Below, piece after piece: positions 1 to 8,640 of a stretch of DNA of 64,000 nucleotides. Under the pieces are notes generated by a model, which did no database searches, had not been told where the DNA came from, and worked only from the letters and a program-made list of their open reading frames with translations. How positions within the stretch are numbered: position 1 is the first letter of the stretch; each line of letters opens with the position of its first letter. This stretch comes from an uncultured Poribacteria bacterium (lineage in GTDB: Bacteria; Poribacteria; WGA-4E; WGA-3G), in NCBI GenBank assembly GCA_958295855.1, contig OY282383.1, positions 1,404,481 to 1,468,480 of the forward strand. The letters are read 5' to 3'. The position numbers and the translations under genes were made by a program.

Positions 1-1277
1 TTGTTGCGGGGTGCACGACTTTCCTGACGTTGTCTTATATTATTTTTGTTCAACCTGTGATGCTTTCGGATGTGGGCATGGATAGGGGTGCTGTGATGGT
101 TGCGACGTGCTTGTCGAGTGCGGGTGCGACGTTCCTGATGGCGTTTTTGGCGAACTATCCTGTTGCGCTTGCGCCTGCGATGGGCATTAATGCGTATTTT
201 GTGTATGATGTGTGCCTGAACCCTGCTATCGGTTTGCCGTGGCAGGAGGCGTTGGGTATCGTGTTTTTATCTGGGCTGTTGTTTATGCTGCTATCTTTCG
301 TGGGGTTACGCGAGGCGATTATGAATACGCTGCCGGTGTCGCTGCACCATGCGATTGCTGTTGGCATTGGTGTTTTTATTACGTTTATCGGGTTGCGGAT
401 GAGTGGGATGATTACGGGGCATCCTGTGACGTTTGTGACACTGGGTAATTTTGAATCTGCGCCGGTGCTGCTTTCCGTTTTTGGGCTGTTTGTGACACTG
501 GCTTTGATGGCTAAGAATGTTCGGGGTGCGATGCTTATCGGCATTCTTGCGACGGCTGCGCTGAGCTTGCTGCTGGGCTTGGTGACATATCAAGGGACTG
601 TGGCTATGCCGCCGCCTCTTGCGCCGACGTTCTTTGCGCTGCGGTTGCCGAATATCTTTGCTCGGCAGGAGCTGATTCCTGTGCTTTTTGTGTTTTTTGC
701 GCAGGATATGTTTGATAGCATCGGTACGCTGACGGCGACTGGGCATAAAGGGGAGCTGCTTGAAGATGGCAAGCTCTCGAAGGCTCGGCAGGCGCTTTTG
801 TCTGATGCTGCGGGTTCTGCGGGTGGTGCGCTGCTCGGTACGTCGACGGTGACGTGTTATATTGAGAGCATCTCGGGTATTGCGGCGGGCGGTCGGACTG
901 GGCTGACGGGTATTGTGACGGGGTGTCTGATGCTGTTGTCTCTATTTTTTTATCCGCTGGTGAGGATTGTGGGCGCGGGGTATCTCGCTGAGGGGAATAT
1001 AACGCTTTACCCGATTATTGCGCCTGCGTTAATCATTGTTGGGTGCTTGATGCTGAAAGAGCTTGTGCACATCAATTGGGAGGATATCACGGAGGCGATA
1101 CCGGGTGCTCTGACGGTGGTTATCACGCCTCTGGCTTTCAGCATTACCCACGGTATAGCGTTCGGGTTTATCTCAATCGCGTTTATGAAGTTAGTGACGC
1201 GGCGGAGAAAGGAACTTCACCCGCTCATCTACTTCTTTGCTGTCCTCTTTATCGCACGGTACATTGGCATTGCCTAA
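1..1277 (+). CDS. NCS2-family purine (adenine/guanine/hypoxanthine) permease, AzgA/PbuG-like; 5' end truncated by window edge
   Basis: The frame stays open back to position 3 (VAGCTTFLTLSYIIFVQP). Multiple TM segments are present, together with the NCS2/AzgA hallmark LTTFLTM-YIIFVNP-like N-terminal motif. Confidence 0.8.
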   Translation, partial: VAGCTTFLTLSYIIFVQPVMLSDVGMDRGAVMVATCLSSAGATFLMAFLANYPVALAPAMGINAYFVYDVCLNPAIGLPWQEALGIVFLSGLLFMLLSFVGLREAIMNTLPVSLHHAIAVGIGVFITFIGLRMSGMITGHPVTFVTLGNFESAPVLLSVFGLFVTLALMAKNVRGAMLIGILATAALSLLLGLVTYQGTVAMPPPLAPTFFALRLPNIFARQELIPVLFVFFAQDMFDSIGTLTATGHKGELLEDGKLSKARQALLSDAAGSAGGALLGTSTVTCYIESISGIAAGGRTGLTGIVTGCLMLLSLFFYPLVRIVGAGYLAEGNITLYPIIAPALIIVGCLMLKELVHINWEDITEAIPGALTVVITPLAFSITHGIAFGFISIAFMKLVTRRRKELHPLIYFFAVLFIARYIGIA

Positions 1278-1489
1278 ATACCGAGAACGACAGACAGGCA
1301 TTAGCCCTGCAAAGCAGGGACAATGCCAATTATTTGTAGGGGAAACCGAGCCTTGTGCCGGTTTCCCCTCAACTCAAATCAGAAACCTCCGACGAGAACT
1401 ACAAGCAACAAAAACAACAGCAAAAACCACCAGTGCTAAACAAGGCCGAAGAAAGGACAAACTGATAAGCCATAACCAAAATAAAAAAG

Positions 1490-2275
1490 ATGAGACTGAC
1501 TACCTTCGTCCTTTGTGGCGTTCTACTGCTATTCGGTTGCAATACCGATGAAGATTCCCACCCACCCCTTTCCGAACCAAGCGTGCAAGGAATGCCAAAC
1601 TATTTCCCCGATGCTGTCGGAAGCAGATGGGTTTACCAGGAAGCTAGCGGTATGCGATGGGCGCGGGAGGTTACAGACGAGCGCGGCACTCATGGAGAAG
1701 GTTATCAGGGCTTTGCCTATATGCCACCGGTTTCCCAAACCGTATTTGACTATCTGAAACCGGATGTCTATCGCGTTACGGAAAACCAGGTCCTTTTCGT
1801 CGTCAGTGAAAACATCGACAGCTACGTTCAAACTGAGCTCCCCAAAGCAGCGCAAGATGAATTCGCGGGTTTGGAACTGAACGTTGCAATAGAGGCCATA
1901 TCACACCCCGAACTCGTTTTCTTCCATATTCCACTAACCTCCAATTTCCGGTGGGATGCCCTCAATGTGACAGTTAGCGGGAACATCATCTTGCAAAATC
2001 TCGTACTGCTTCAGATTCCCTTTGAGGTGGATATAAGCGTCAAAGGAGAGGTTGTTTCCGAAAGTTCACTTGAAACGCCTGCCGGGAGCTTTGAGAAGAC
2101 ATATCAAATTGAATATCAGACAGAAATCACATACATTCTTTTTTCGGAAGCGGAGACGACGCGGCAGAGTCAGACAGTATGGTTTGCTCCGCATGTCGGC
2201 ATTGTCAAAATCGAAGATGAACGCGGCGTAACGGAGCTCACTGAGTACAAGGTAGGAGCGATGTCCGATTTGTAG
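1490..2275 (+). CDS. hypothetical lipoprotein
   Basis: Signal peptide with an LLLFGC lipobox at the N-terminus. There is no recognisable catalytic motif. Confidence 0.5.
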   Translation: MRLTTFVLCGVLLLFGCNTDEDSHPPLSEPSVQGMPNYFPDAVGSRWVYQEASGMRWAREVTDERGTHGEGYQGFAYMPPVSQTVFDYLKPDVYRVTENQVLFVVSENIDSYVQTELPKAAQDEFAGLELNVAIEAISHPELVFFHIPLTSNFRWDALNVTVSGNIILQNLVLLQIPFEVDISVKGEVVSESSLETPAGSFEKTYQIEYQTEITYILFSEAETTRQSQTVWFAPHVGIVKIEDERGVTELTEYKVGAMSDL

Positions 2276-2297
2276 GGGCAGTGCCTTGTGCCTGCCC
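2273..2297. repeat. B-family palindromic repeat (reverse orientation), ggggcagtgccttgtgcctgccc
   Basis: It matches the consensus gggcaggcacaaggcactgcccctac seen about 14 times in the window. Confidence 0.8.
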
Positions 2298-2326
2298 AAC
2301 CGTGTACCCCCAGATCTTCCCAAGGG

Positions 2327-2360
2327 TTAGTCACGCATTTTCAATGCGTGTTGAATTCTC
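2327..2360. repeat. H-family hairpin repeat, ttagtcacgcattttcaatgcgtgttgaattc
   Basis: An identical 32-nt copy occurs at 34247-34282. The stem is cacgcatt/aatgcgtg. Confidence 0.7.
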
Positions 2361-2389
2361 CCTATTTCTCCGCAAGGAATGTCGAAAAA

Positions 2390-3487
2390 ATGAAAGTTGT
2401 TATTTTAAGCGACAACAAACCGGGGCATTACAAGCAATCCTTAGGTATTGTCGAAAAATTGCCTGAATGCCGAATAGAATGGCTTGAGGTGCAATTCCGG
2501 CGTAAGTGGCGCGATAACCTTCTGCGCGTCTTTATGTGTATTTTTGGAGGCGTACCCCTCCCCATACTGTTCCTCCACGCCCTTCTCCGCTGGAGCCTCA
2601 CCCCGGCTGCTTACAATGCTCTCGCGCGCCTTCAAGCCGCTGACGTTATCCTTTCGACAGGTTCATCTGTGGCAGCTGTCAATCTACTCCTTGGCAGGCT
2701 TCTCCATGCCAAGACGGTCACCTGTCGCCATCCTTCACCGTTAGGCACGCGCCATTTTGACCTCGCGATTCTCCCGATGCTCTCGTGGCCCAGCGCGGCG
2801 CGCAAGGACAATGTGTGCAAAACTATCGGCGTGCCAAATCCGATCTCACCCGCAAATTTAGATGCATTGAAAAAGCAAGTACGAAAAGATATGAAACTGT
2901 CAGACAGCGCGCGGATTGGCATACTCCTCGGTGGCAATGACCGGCACGAAACTGTCACCGAAGCACATGCAAAGCGTTTGATTGACATCTGTCGGGCAAT
3001 TGCTGAAGAAATGAACGTACAAATATTAGTGACGACTTCACGTCGAACGTCTCCTGCTGTAACAGCATACTTGGCTACCGCGCTCAAACAGGCGGACTGG
3101 TGTCCATTATTTATTACCCCCGACAGCCCTTCAGAACTTGCCGACCCGTATCAAGCCATTCTCGCCCTAAGCGATCTGCTTATCGTCACCGCCGATAGCT
3201 TCTCAATGGTATGTGAGGCGGCGAGCAGTGGACGCAGGGTTATCATCCTAACGCTTGAACGTAGTTTAACCACTATTGAAAATGGTGGCAAACCTTCCCG
3301 CGCGCGACAGCCCAAGCGGTACCAGGTTTATCGCTATATGGCAGAACGTGCTATCGTGAAACAATGCGGACTTGATAACTTGGCCCCACAACTCACAGCG
3401 GCGTTTACCTCGGATGCTATCATCTCCTCACTCCAAGATACGAAAATAGCTGCCCGTGCCATCCGTTGTTTAGTAGCTAACAGTTAA
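2390..3487 (+). CDS. ELM1 / DUF1022 family protein (mitochondrial-fission ELM1-like, glycosyltransferase-like fold)
   Basis: Motifs DNKPGHYKQSLG, ILLGGNDRHE, TTSRRTSP and TADSFSMVCEA are typical of PF06258. The start was chosen at MKVVIL, downstream of the upstream repeats. Confidence 0.7.
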   Translation: MKVVILSDNKPGHYKQSLGIVEKLPECRIEWLEVQFRRKWRDNLLRVFMCIFGGVPLPILFLHALLRWSLTPAAYNALARLQAADVILSTGSSVAAVNLLLGRLLHAKTVTCRHPSPLGTRHFDLAILPMLSWPSAARKDNVCKTIGVPNPISPANLDALKKQVRKDMKLSDSARIGILLGGNDRHETVTEAHAKRLIDICRAIAEEMNVQILVTTSRRTSPAVTAYLATALKQADWCPLFITPDSPSELADPYQAILALSDLLIVTADSFSMVCEAASSGRRVIILTLERSLTTIENGGKPSRARQPKRYQVYRYMAERAIVKQCGLDNLAPQLTAAFTSDAIISSLQDTKIAARAIRCLVANS

Positions 3488-3562
3488 TCGGGAAAAATAG
3501 TGGAACTTCTTTTCACATTCGGTGTGACAACCAGTGCGATATGGAAGTTGATACAAATCAGT

Positions 3563-3737
3563 TTTTGTCATTCCTTGCGGAGTAATCAGCAAATGTAAGA
3601 AATAAAAAAGTTGTTCATTGGCCATTCACAACTTGGTATGAAACCCCTGCTTTGCAGGGGCAAATACCATTGGCAGGATACCAAAAACGCGCGCATTAGC
3701 GCGCCTCGTAGCTCTCGTCAGAGGTTTCTGATGCAAG
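3563..3737. repeat. composite nested repeat: D-left + E (terminator-like hairpin) + A hairpin + D-right
   Basis: tcattccttgcggagtaatcag ... gtaagaaataaaaaagttgttcattggccattcacaacttgg ... cccctgctttgcaggggcaaataccattgg ... ctctcgtcagaggtttctgatgcaag. The same architecture recurs at 63078-63243. Confidence 0.8.
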
Positions 3738-4018
3738 TTTTTTAATGCTTAATTAGCAGGGAACACACTACAACTCATTACGAAACCCGATTTTGACAGG
3801 TAAAAATCCCCTGCGTCAGGGGATAAATCGGTTGTGAATAACAACCCATCCATGATAAATTCCTTATCACGCTGTGTTTATCCGCTGACGAAGCAAAGCG
3901 GGGCATTATACCTCAACGGAAAAATCGGAGCAGAACCCCAATTAATGGAGCTCTGACGCAAGGTTTACATTGCAAAATGTGGAATCCGAATTGTTGATCA
4001 AACTGAAGGAGATAAACA

Positions 4019-5284
4019 ATGAAAGCCAAACACCTTGTACGAACACTTACCCTCCTAGTCGCTTTGGGAACAGTCGCATTTTTCGTAGCGCGCCCAGGTG
4101 CGCAAACAACTGAAGACGCTTGGAAGGCTTGGGTAGACGAACAGACCGAGACTGTGCTAAGATCTGCGGGAGAAATGGATGAAGCACGCCGCACTGAAAT
4201 GCGCGCCAGTATTCGGGCGAAGTTTTCGGCACTCGCTGCAGCGTTGAAAAACGAGGTCGCGTCGCCACCGCAGGCTGAGGACTACGTTAACTTGCAAACG
4301 GTCAAAGAGCTACGGGATGCCTATGACGAGGACTACAACCGCAGGCATCAGACTACCACCGTACGCGTGACATATAAGGCAGGAGACTCTGAAATTTTCA
4401 CCTATGATGAGAATATTCCGCTCGCCGAGGTCGACGCAAAATATCCACGCGATGCATGGCTCCAGAGGCTTCTTGATAGAGGTGGCACAATTGAGAACGC
4501 AGACGCGTATTGGGAATACCTGTTCCTGCGAGATACGTTAATGCATGTTGAAGAACATCCGCAGGTGTGGACATCCGGACTGTTCGGCATCCCGCCGACG
4601 AAGGAGTGGGAAACCTATAAAACGGCTTACATTGAGCGAGAACTCAGTCGGATTCAAAAAACCAAGCAGACATCGCACCGATTCCTAGAAGGGTTGCACA
4701 GTTTGCACCCGCACAATTGGGAGCAGCATCTAAAGGTACCTCATGTCCTAATCCCTGAATTGCCTAAGGTGACTTCCTTCACTGTGCATAAGCACTATAG
4801 CGGACCACAAACCGTCAAGGCACTCCGGGCCGCTTATGACGAGAAGTACAACGAGCGGTATGCCATGACTTCAGGAAGTGTCGTTTATAAACTCAATAGT
4901 GTCACGATTCTTGAATATCAGACCCCGCTCCCGATAAGCGAAGTGGAGGCGAAATATCCGCGCGACGAGTGGCTGCAAATGCTTCTTGAAAAAGGTATCA
5001 CTATTGACAATTTTGAAGAATATTGGACATATCTATCGCAGCGGGAAACATTGGTGCAGATTGAAAAGCATCCGGAAGTCTGGTCTTCCGGGCTTTTCAG
5101 CATTCTGCCCACCGACGATTGGGAAACCTATAAAGCCGCTTACTTGAAGCAAAACATTGAGAAACTTCGCGGCGAACGCTATGGCGTGGAAATAGGAGAG
5201 GACATCCACAAAGCCGAAACAGACGCCCGTGAGTTTGAGAGGCGAATTAGAGAACGGTTACAACGTCCGTTACTCGACCGGTAG
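4019..5284 (+). CDS. secreted hypothetical protein with two ~130-aa internal repeats (KYPRDAWLQ-LL-KG-TIENF motif family)
   Basis: N-terminal signal peptide. A duplicated module AKYPRD(A/E)WLQ(R/M)LL..G.TI(E/D)N...YW.YL...W.SGLF..P...WETYK.AY is present. It is paralogous to the gene at 8641-10041. Confidence 0.6.
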   Translation: MKAKHLVRTLTLLVALGTVAFFVARPGAQTTEDAWKAWVDEQTETVLRSAGEMDEARRTEMRASIRAKFSALAAALKNEVASPPQAEDYVNLQTVKELRDAYDEDYNRRHQTTTVRVTYKAGDSEIFTYDENIPLAEVDAKYPRDAWLQRLLDRGGTIENADAYWEYLFLRDTLMHVEEHPQVWTSGLFGIPPTKEWETYKTAYIERELSRIQKTKQTSHRFLEGLHSLHPHNWEQHLKVPHVLIPELPKVTSFTVHKHYSGPQTVKALRAAYDEKYNERYAMTSGSVVYKLNSVTILEYQTPLPISEVEAKYPRDEWLQMLLEKGITIDNFEEYWTYLSQRETLVQIEKHPEVWSSGLFSILPTDDWETYKAAYLKQNIEKLRGERYGVEIGEDIHKAETDAREFERRIRERLQRPLLDR

Positions 5285-5436
5285 ATTGCGTTGAATTTGC
5301 GCTGTATGGCGAGGGCTTCGTACCTCGCCATTTTCCCTTAATTCCTGGCCAGTACGAAATTTGCCCTCCACCGGTTGATAATATCCTGAGGCGAACAGAT
5401 ATCCATCGTACCGAAAATCATGGTATTTACCCATGC

Positions 5437-5530
5437 TTTACATCAGAAACCTCCGACGAGATTTTCAAGGTTCTCCGTTAAGACTACATAATGCCGTCAA
5501 GGTACTAGGCATAGACGAAAAAATCAAATG
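5437..5530. repeat. F-family repeat (reverse orientation)
   Basis: It matches copies at 21745-21832 and 23470-23548: tcgtctatgcctagtaccttga..gcattatgtagtcttaa...tcgtcggaggtttctgatg. Confidence 0.7.
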
Positions 5531-5749
5531 TCAGTTTGTCACTTGTCAGAATAGGGTTAGTGGCATGTTTTGATAAGCCACTGCGTCAATGTTAACTGAG
5601 AACCGATAACTATTGCAAAAAATGTTAAGGGCATTTCGTTCTCCTGTAGGAGGGAGCACCGAATCCCGTTCACAGCAGAGACACGGAGAACACAGAGGTA
5701 CGTGGCGCGTGGCATCGAAAAAACGAAAACTAAATAGCCCTAAAAAATG

Positions 5750-5779
5750 TTGACATTTTTCGACAAACGGAGGTATAAT
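5750..5779 (+). promoter_or_regulatory. near-consensus sigma70-type promoter (TTGACA-18-TATAAT) for rpn
   Basis: TTGACA at 5750-5755 and TATAAT at 5774-5779. The ATG of rpn at 5786 lies about 7 nt downstream of the -10, suggesting a leaderless or very short-leader mRNA. Confidence 0.5.
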
Positions 5780-5785
5780 AGTTGT

Positions 5786-6697
5786 ATGCTACAATATGAT
5801 CCCGTAGCGAAGCATCTGCTTGACCTGTTTTCTGAAGAGTTTGCAGCGTTAGCATTTGAGGGCACAGCGGTTGAAGTGTTAGAGAAACTGGACACCGAGC
5901 AACCCACCGTCGAGGTGCATCGCGACGATATGACGTTTAAGGTTCGCCTGCCAGATGAGGGAGAGGCGATTCTTCATATAGAATTACAAACTGGCGATAG
6001 CACAGACAAACCGATGCCGCTGCGGATGCTGGGGTATGCGAGTTTCCTTGTGGTTCGACATGAGATGTCGGTGTATTCGATGGTGCTGTATCTACGTCCG
6101 TCTGCGGGCCGGCATGACCCGGGGCATTATGGTTATGGCAATCCGGACTTGGGTTTGCAGTTCAACTATCGGGTGATTCGGTTGCGCGAGTTAGATGGAC
6201 AATCCGTTTTGGATAGTGGTTGTGTAGGGTTGTTGCCTTTCACGCCGTTAATGGCGGCCCCTGCGGGGTTGTCAGCGTCGGCGTGGGTAGAAACCTGCGT
6301 AGCTGCGGTGAAATCAGCGTCGGTTGACAAGCAGACGCGTGCGACGCTGTTGTTTGGTATGTCTGTGCTTGGGAGTTTGGCGCATGCGCCGGAGCTCTTT
6401 GAAAAATCAATGTCGGAGGACATCATGCAAGAGTCACCCTTTTACCAAGTGCACTTTGGAAAGGTGATGCAACGAGGGGTTGAACAAGGTATTGAACAAG
6501 GTATTGAACGCGGTGCGCGTGAGAATGCCATAGAGAATATTCTCACGGTGCTCACGGCGCGCTTCTCGCAGGACGATGCACACACCGTGCAGCCAACGCT
6601 TGAAACGATTACCGACCTGCATCGCCTGAAGCAGTTACATCTGTCTGCTGTGCTTGCGGCCAATTTTCAAACGTTCCTGCAAACGCTGGAAGCGTAG
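5786..6697 (+). CDS. rpn: Rpn-family recombination-promoting nuclease / putative transposase (PD-(D/E)xK YhgA-like N-domain + DUF4351 C-domain)
   Basis: Characteristic (EQGI)n tetrapeptide repeat and a C-terminal DUF4351-like segment. The N-terminal region is YhgA-like. The track start at 5747 overlaps the promoter and was rejected. Confidence 0.65.
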   Translation: MLQYDPVAKHLLDLFSEEFAALAFEGTAVEVLEKLDTEQPTVEVHRDDMTFKVRLPDEGEAILHIELQTGDSTDKPMPLRMLGYASFLVVRHEMSVYSMVLYLRPSAGRHDPGHYGYGNPDLGLQFNYRVIRLRELDGQSVLDSGCVGLLPFTPLMAAPAGLSASAWVETCVAAVKSASVDKQTRATLLFGMSVLGSLAHAPELFEKSMSEDIMQESPFYQVHFGKVMQRGVEQGIEQGIERGARENAIENILTVLTARFSQDDAHTVQPTLETITDLHRLKQLHLSAVLAANFQTFLQTLEA

Positions 6698-6767
6698 AGC
6701 CGCTGCATCGAGAAACGGGGGCGTGATAGTTCGTAGGCGTTGTGCTGAATGTTATCACGCCTCTTGT

Positions 6768-7295
6768 GGTTGTGTAGGGTTGTTGCCTTTCACGCCGTTG
6801 ATGTCAGTGCCTGCGGGTGTGTCTGCTGAGGCGTGGGTAGAAACCTGCGTAGGTGCGGTGCAGTCAGCGTCGGTTGACAAGCAGACGCGTGCGACGCTGT
6901 TGTTTGGTATGTCTGTGCTTGGGAGTTTGGCGCATGCGCCGGAGCTCTTTCAAAAATCAATATCGGAGGACATCATGCAAGAGTCACCCTTTTACCAAGT
7001 GCACTTTGGAAAGGTGATGCAACGAGGGGTTGAACAAGGTATTGAACAAGGTATTGAACAAGGTATTGAACAAGGTATTGAACAAGGTATTGAACAAGGT
7101 ATTGAACGCGGTGCGCGTGAGAATGCCATAGAGAATATTCTCACGGTGCTCACGGCGCGCTTCTCGCAGGACGATGCGCACATCGTGCAGCCAACGCTTG
7201 AAACGATTACCGACCTGCATCGCCTGAAGCAGTTACATCTGTCTGCTGTGCTTGCACCCAATTTTCAAACGTTCCTGCAAACGCTGGAAGCGTAA
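6768..7295 (+). pseudogene. tandem partial duplicate of rpn 3' half (DUF4351 region) with expanded EQGI repeat
   Basis: 6768-7298 is about 95% identical to 6216-6697. The 12-nt unit caaggtattgaa is present six times here versus twice in the parent copy. Confidence 0.6.
7031..7108 (+). repeat. 12-nt tandem repeat (ggtattgaacaa)x6 encoding (EQGI)6
   Basis: Perfect tandem copies are visible in the sequence. Confidence 0.9.
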
Positions 7296-7523
7296 CGCGT
7301 AGGCTGGATTGAACGATTTCGTTGTTATCCCCGCAAAGCGGGGCAGATACAACTCGCTGCAATGCACGCCGCCCCAAGAAAGCCGAGCCTTTCTAAACCG
7401 CGTCCCGGACACAAATACCGATTGAAACCCAACTTTTTTCTGCTGCATCGTTGGGTTTCACTTCCCTCCTTTCAAGATTTACCCCTCTTTTGAGGGCCGT
7501 TCAACCCAACCTATGATCTTTTG

Positions 7524-7550
7524 ATAACCGATAACCGATAACCGATAACC
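7524..7550. repeat. heptanucleotide microsatellite (gataacc)x4
   Basis: gataaccgataaccgataaccgataacc. Confidence 0.9.
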
Positions 7551-7642
7551 ATTTTTATCCAGACAGGACTTGCATCTTTCAGAAATTTCTGATATAATAT
7601 TCCCCAAAAGAAACCTTCGGCGAATTACCACATCTGAACATA

Positions 7643-8476
7643 TTGATGAATCTTCTGCCTTATGATTGGGTTGCCATCGGATATTTAGCGATAATAGGCG
7701 CGCTCATCCTAATTTTCCATAAAAACGTTGTTCGTTGGTACCTTTACCTGATTGCCCATCTGCTAGGGATCGCAGGCATTTTATCATTAACCTTCATTCA
7801 GGAATCTTTGGCCTTTCCGTTGCAATTTATACGGGATTGGTATCCGTTATCAACTATCGCGCTCTTCTACTTCGAGATGGGGAAGTTGACACAGATGGTG
7901 TTTCAACGCTATTTCGATGAAACAGTCATCCGTTGGGAGAAGCAGGTTTTTAAAGGGATGCCGAGCTTGGAACTCAGCCGGCGGTTTCCTTCCATCGTAC
8001 TCTCAGAGGTTTTACACCTCTGCTATTTTAGTTATTACGTCATCGCCGTGTTTTTAGCAGCGTGGCTCTATTTCGGAGGACAGACAGGACCCTTTCAGGA
8101 GACAGTCTTCGCCGAGACGTTAACTTTTAACCTGAGCCTGCTCTGTTATCCGTTTCTGCCTGCCACCGGGCCCCGTTATCTTTTTGAGAAGATTGAAGGC
8201 AAGTTGTCTGGTGGTTTTTTCTTCAAACTGACACACTCGATTCTCTCAAGGGGTTCATCAAAAGGCACGGCGTTTCCGAGTTCACATGTATCTTTATCGG
8301 TGATTGTCCTGCTTTGCGCGTTTCGTTATGATAGCACAGCGTTTCTGATTCTGCTTCCGATGTGTACCGGGCTGACTCTGGGCACTGTGTACGGTAGATT
8401 CCACTATGCGATTGATGCCCTCACCGGGGTAGTCTTGGGGTGCATCGTCTTTGGTATCACATCCAAAATCATTTAG
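7643..8476 (+). CDS. PAP2-superfamily membrane phosphatase/lipid phosphotransferase-like protein
   Basis: Multi-pass TM protein. Motifs KGTAFPSSHVS and GRFHYAIDALTG are present, corresponding to PSGH and SRxxxxxHxxxD of PAP2. Confidence 0.65.
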   Translation: MMNLLPYDWVAIGYLAIIGALILIFHKNVVRWYLYLIAHLLGIAGILSLTFIQESLAFPLQFIRDWYPLSTIALFYFEMGKLTQMVFQRYFDETVIRWEKQVFKGMPSLELSRRFPSIVLSEVLHLCYFSYYVIAVFLAAWLYFGGQTGPFQETVFAETLTFNLSLLCYPFLPATGPRYLFEKIEGKLSGGFFFKLTHSILSRGSSKGTAFPSSHVSLSVIVLLCAFRYDSTAFLILLPMCTGLTLGTVYGRFHYAIDALTGVVLGCIVFGITSKII

Positions 8477-8640
8477 TTCTTGAGTTTTCTGAATAACAGA
8501 ATACACGAAACATTGTAGTTGAATGCAAGGGAGACTTTTTTCCAAACCAGGTGGCACTTACCCCCGCAAAGCGGGGGTGCATACCCTTAGCCAAATAAAG
8601 CGCAGCCTTAATTTTCCATTCAAGGAAAAGGAGAAAAATC

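Noticed and set aside
5747-5785. rpn start codon at 5747 (MLTFFDKRRYNSC...)
   Set aside because: That ATG lies inside the TTGACA-18-TATAAT promoter. The ATG at 5786, after the -10 element, is the credible start.
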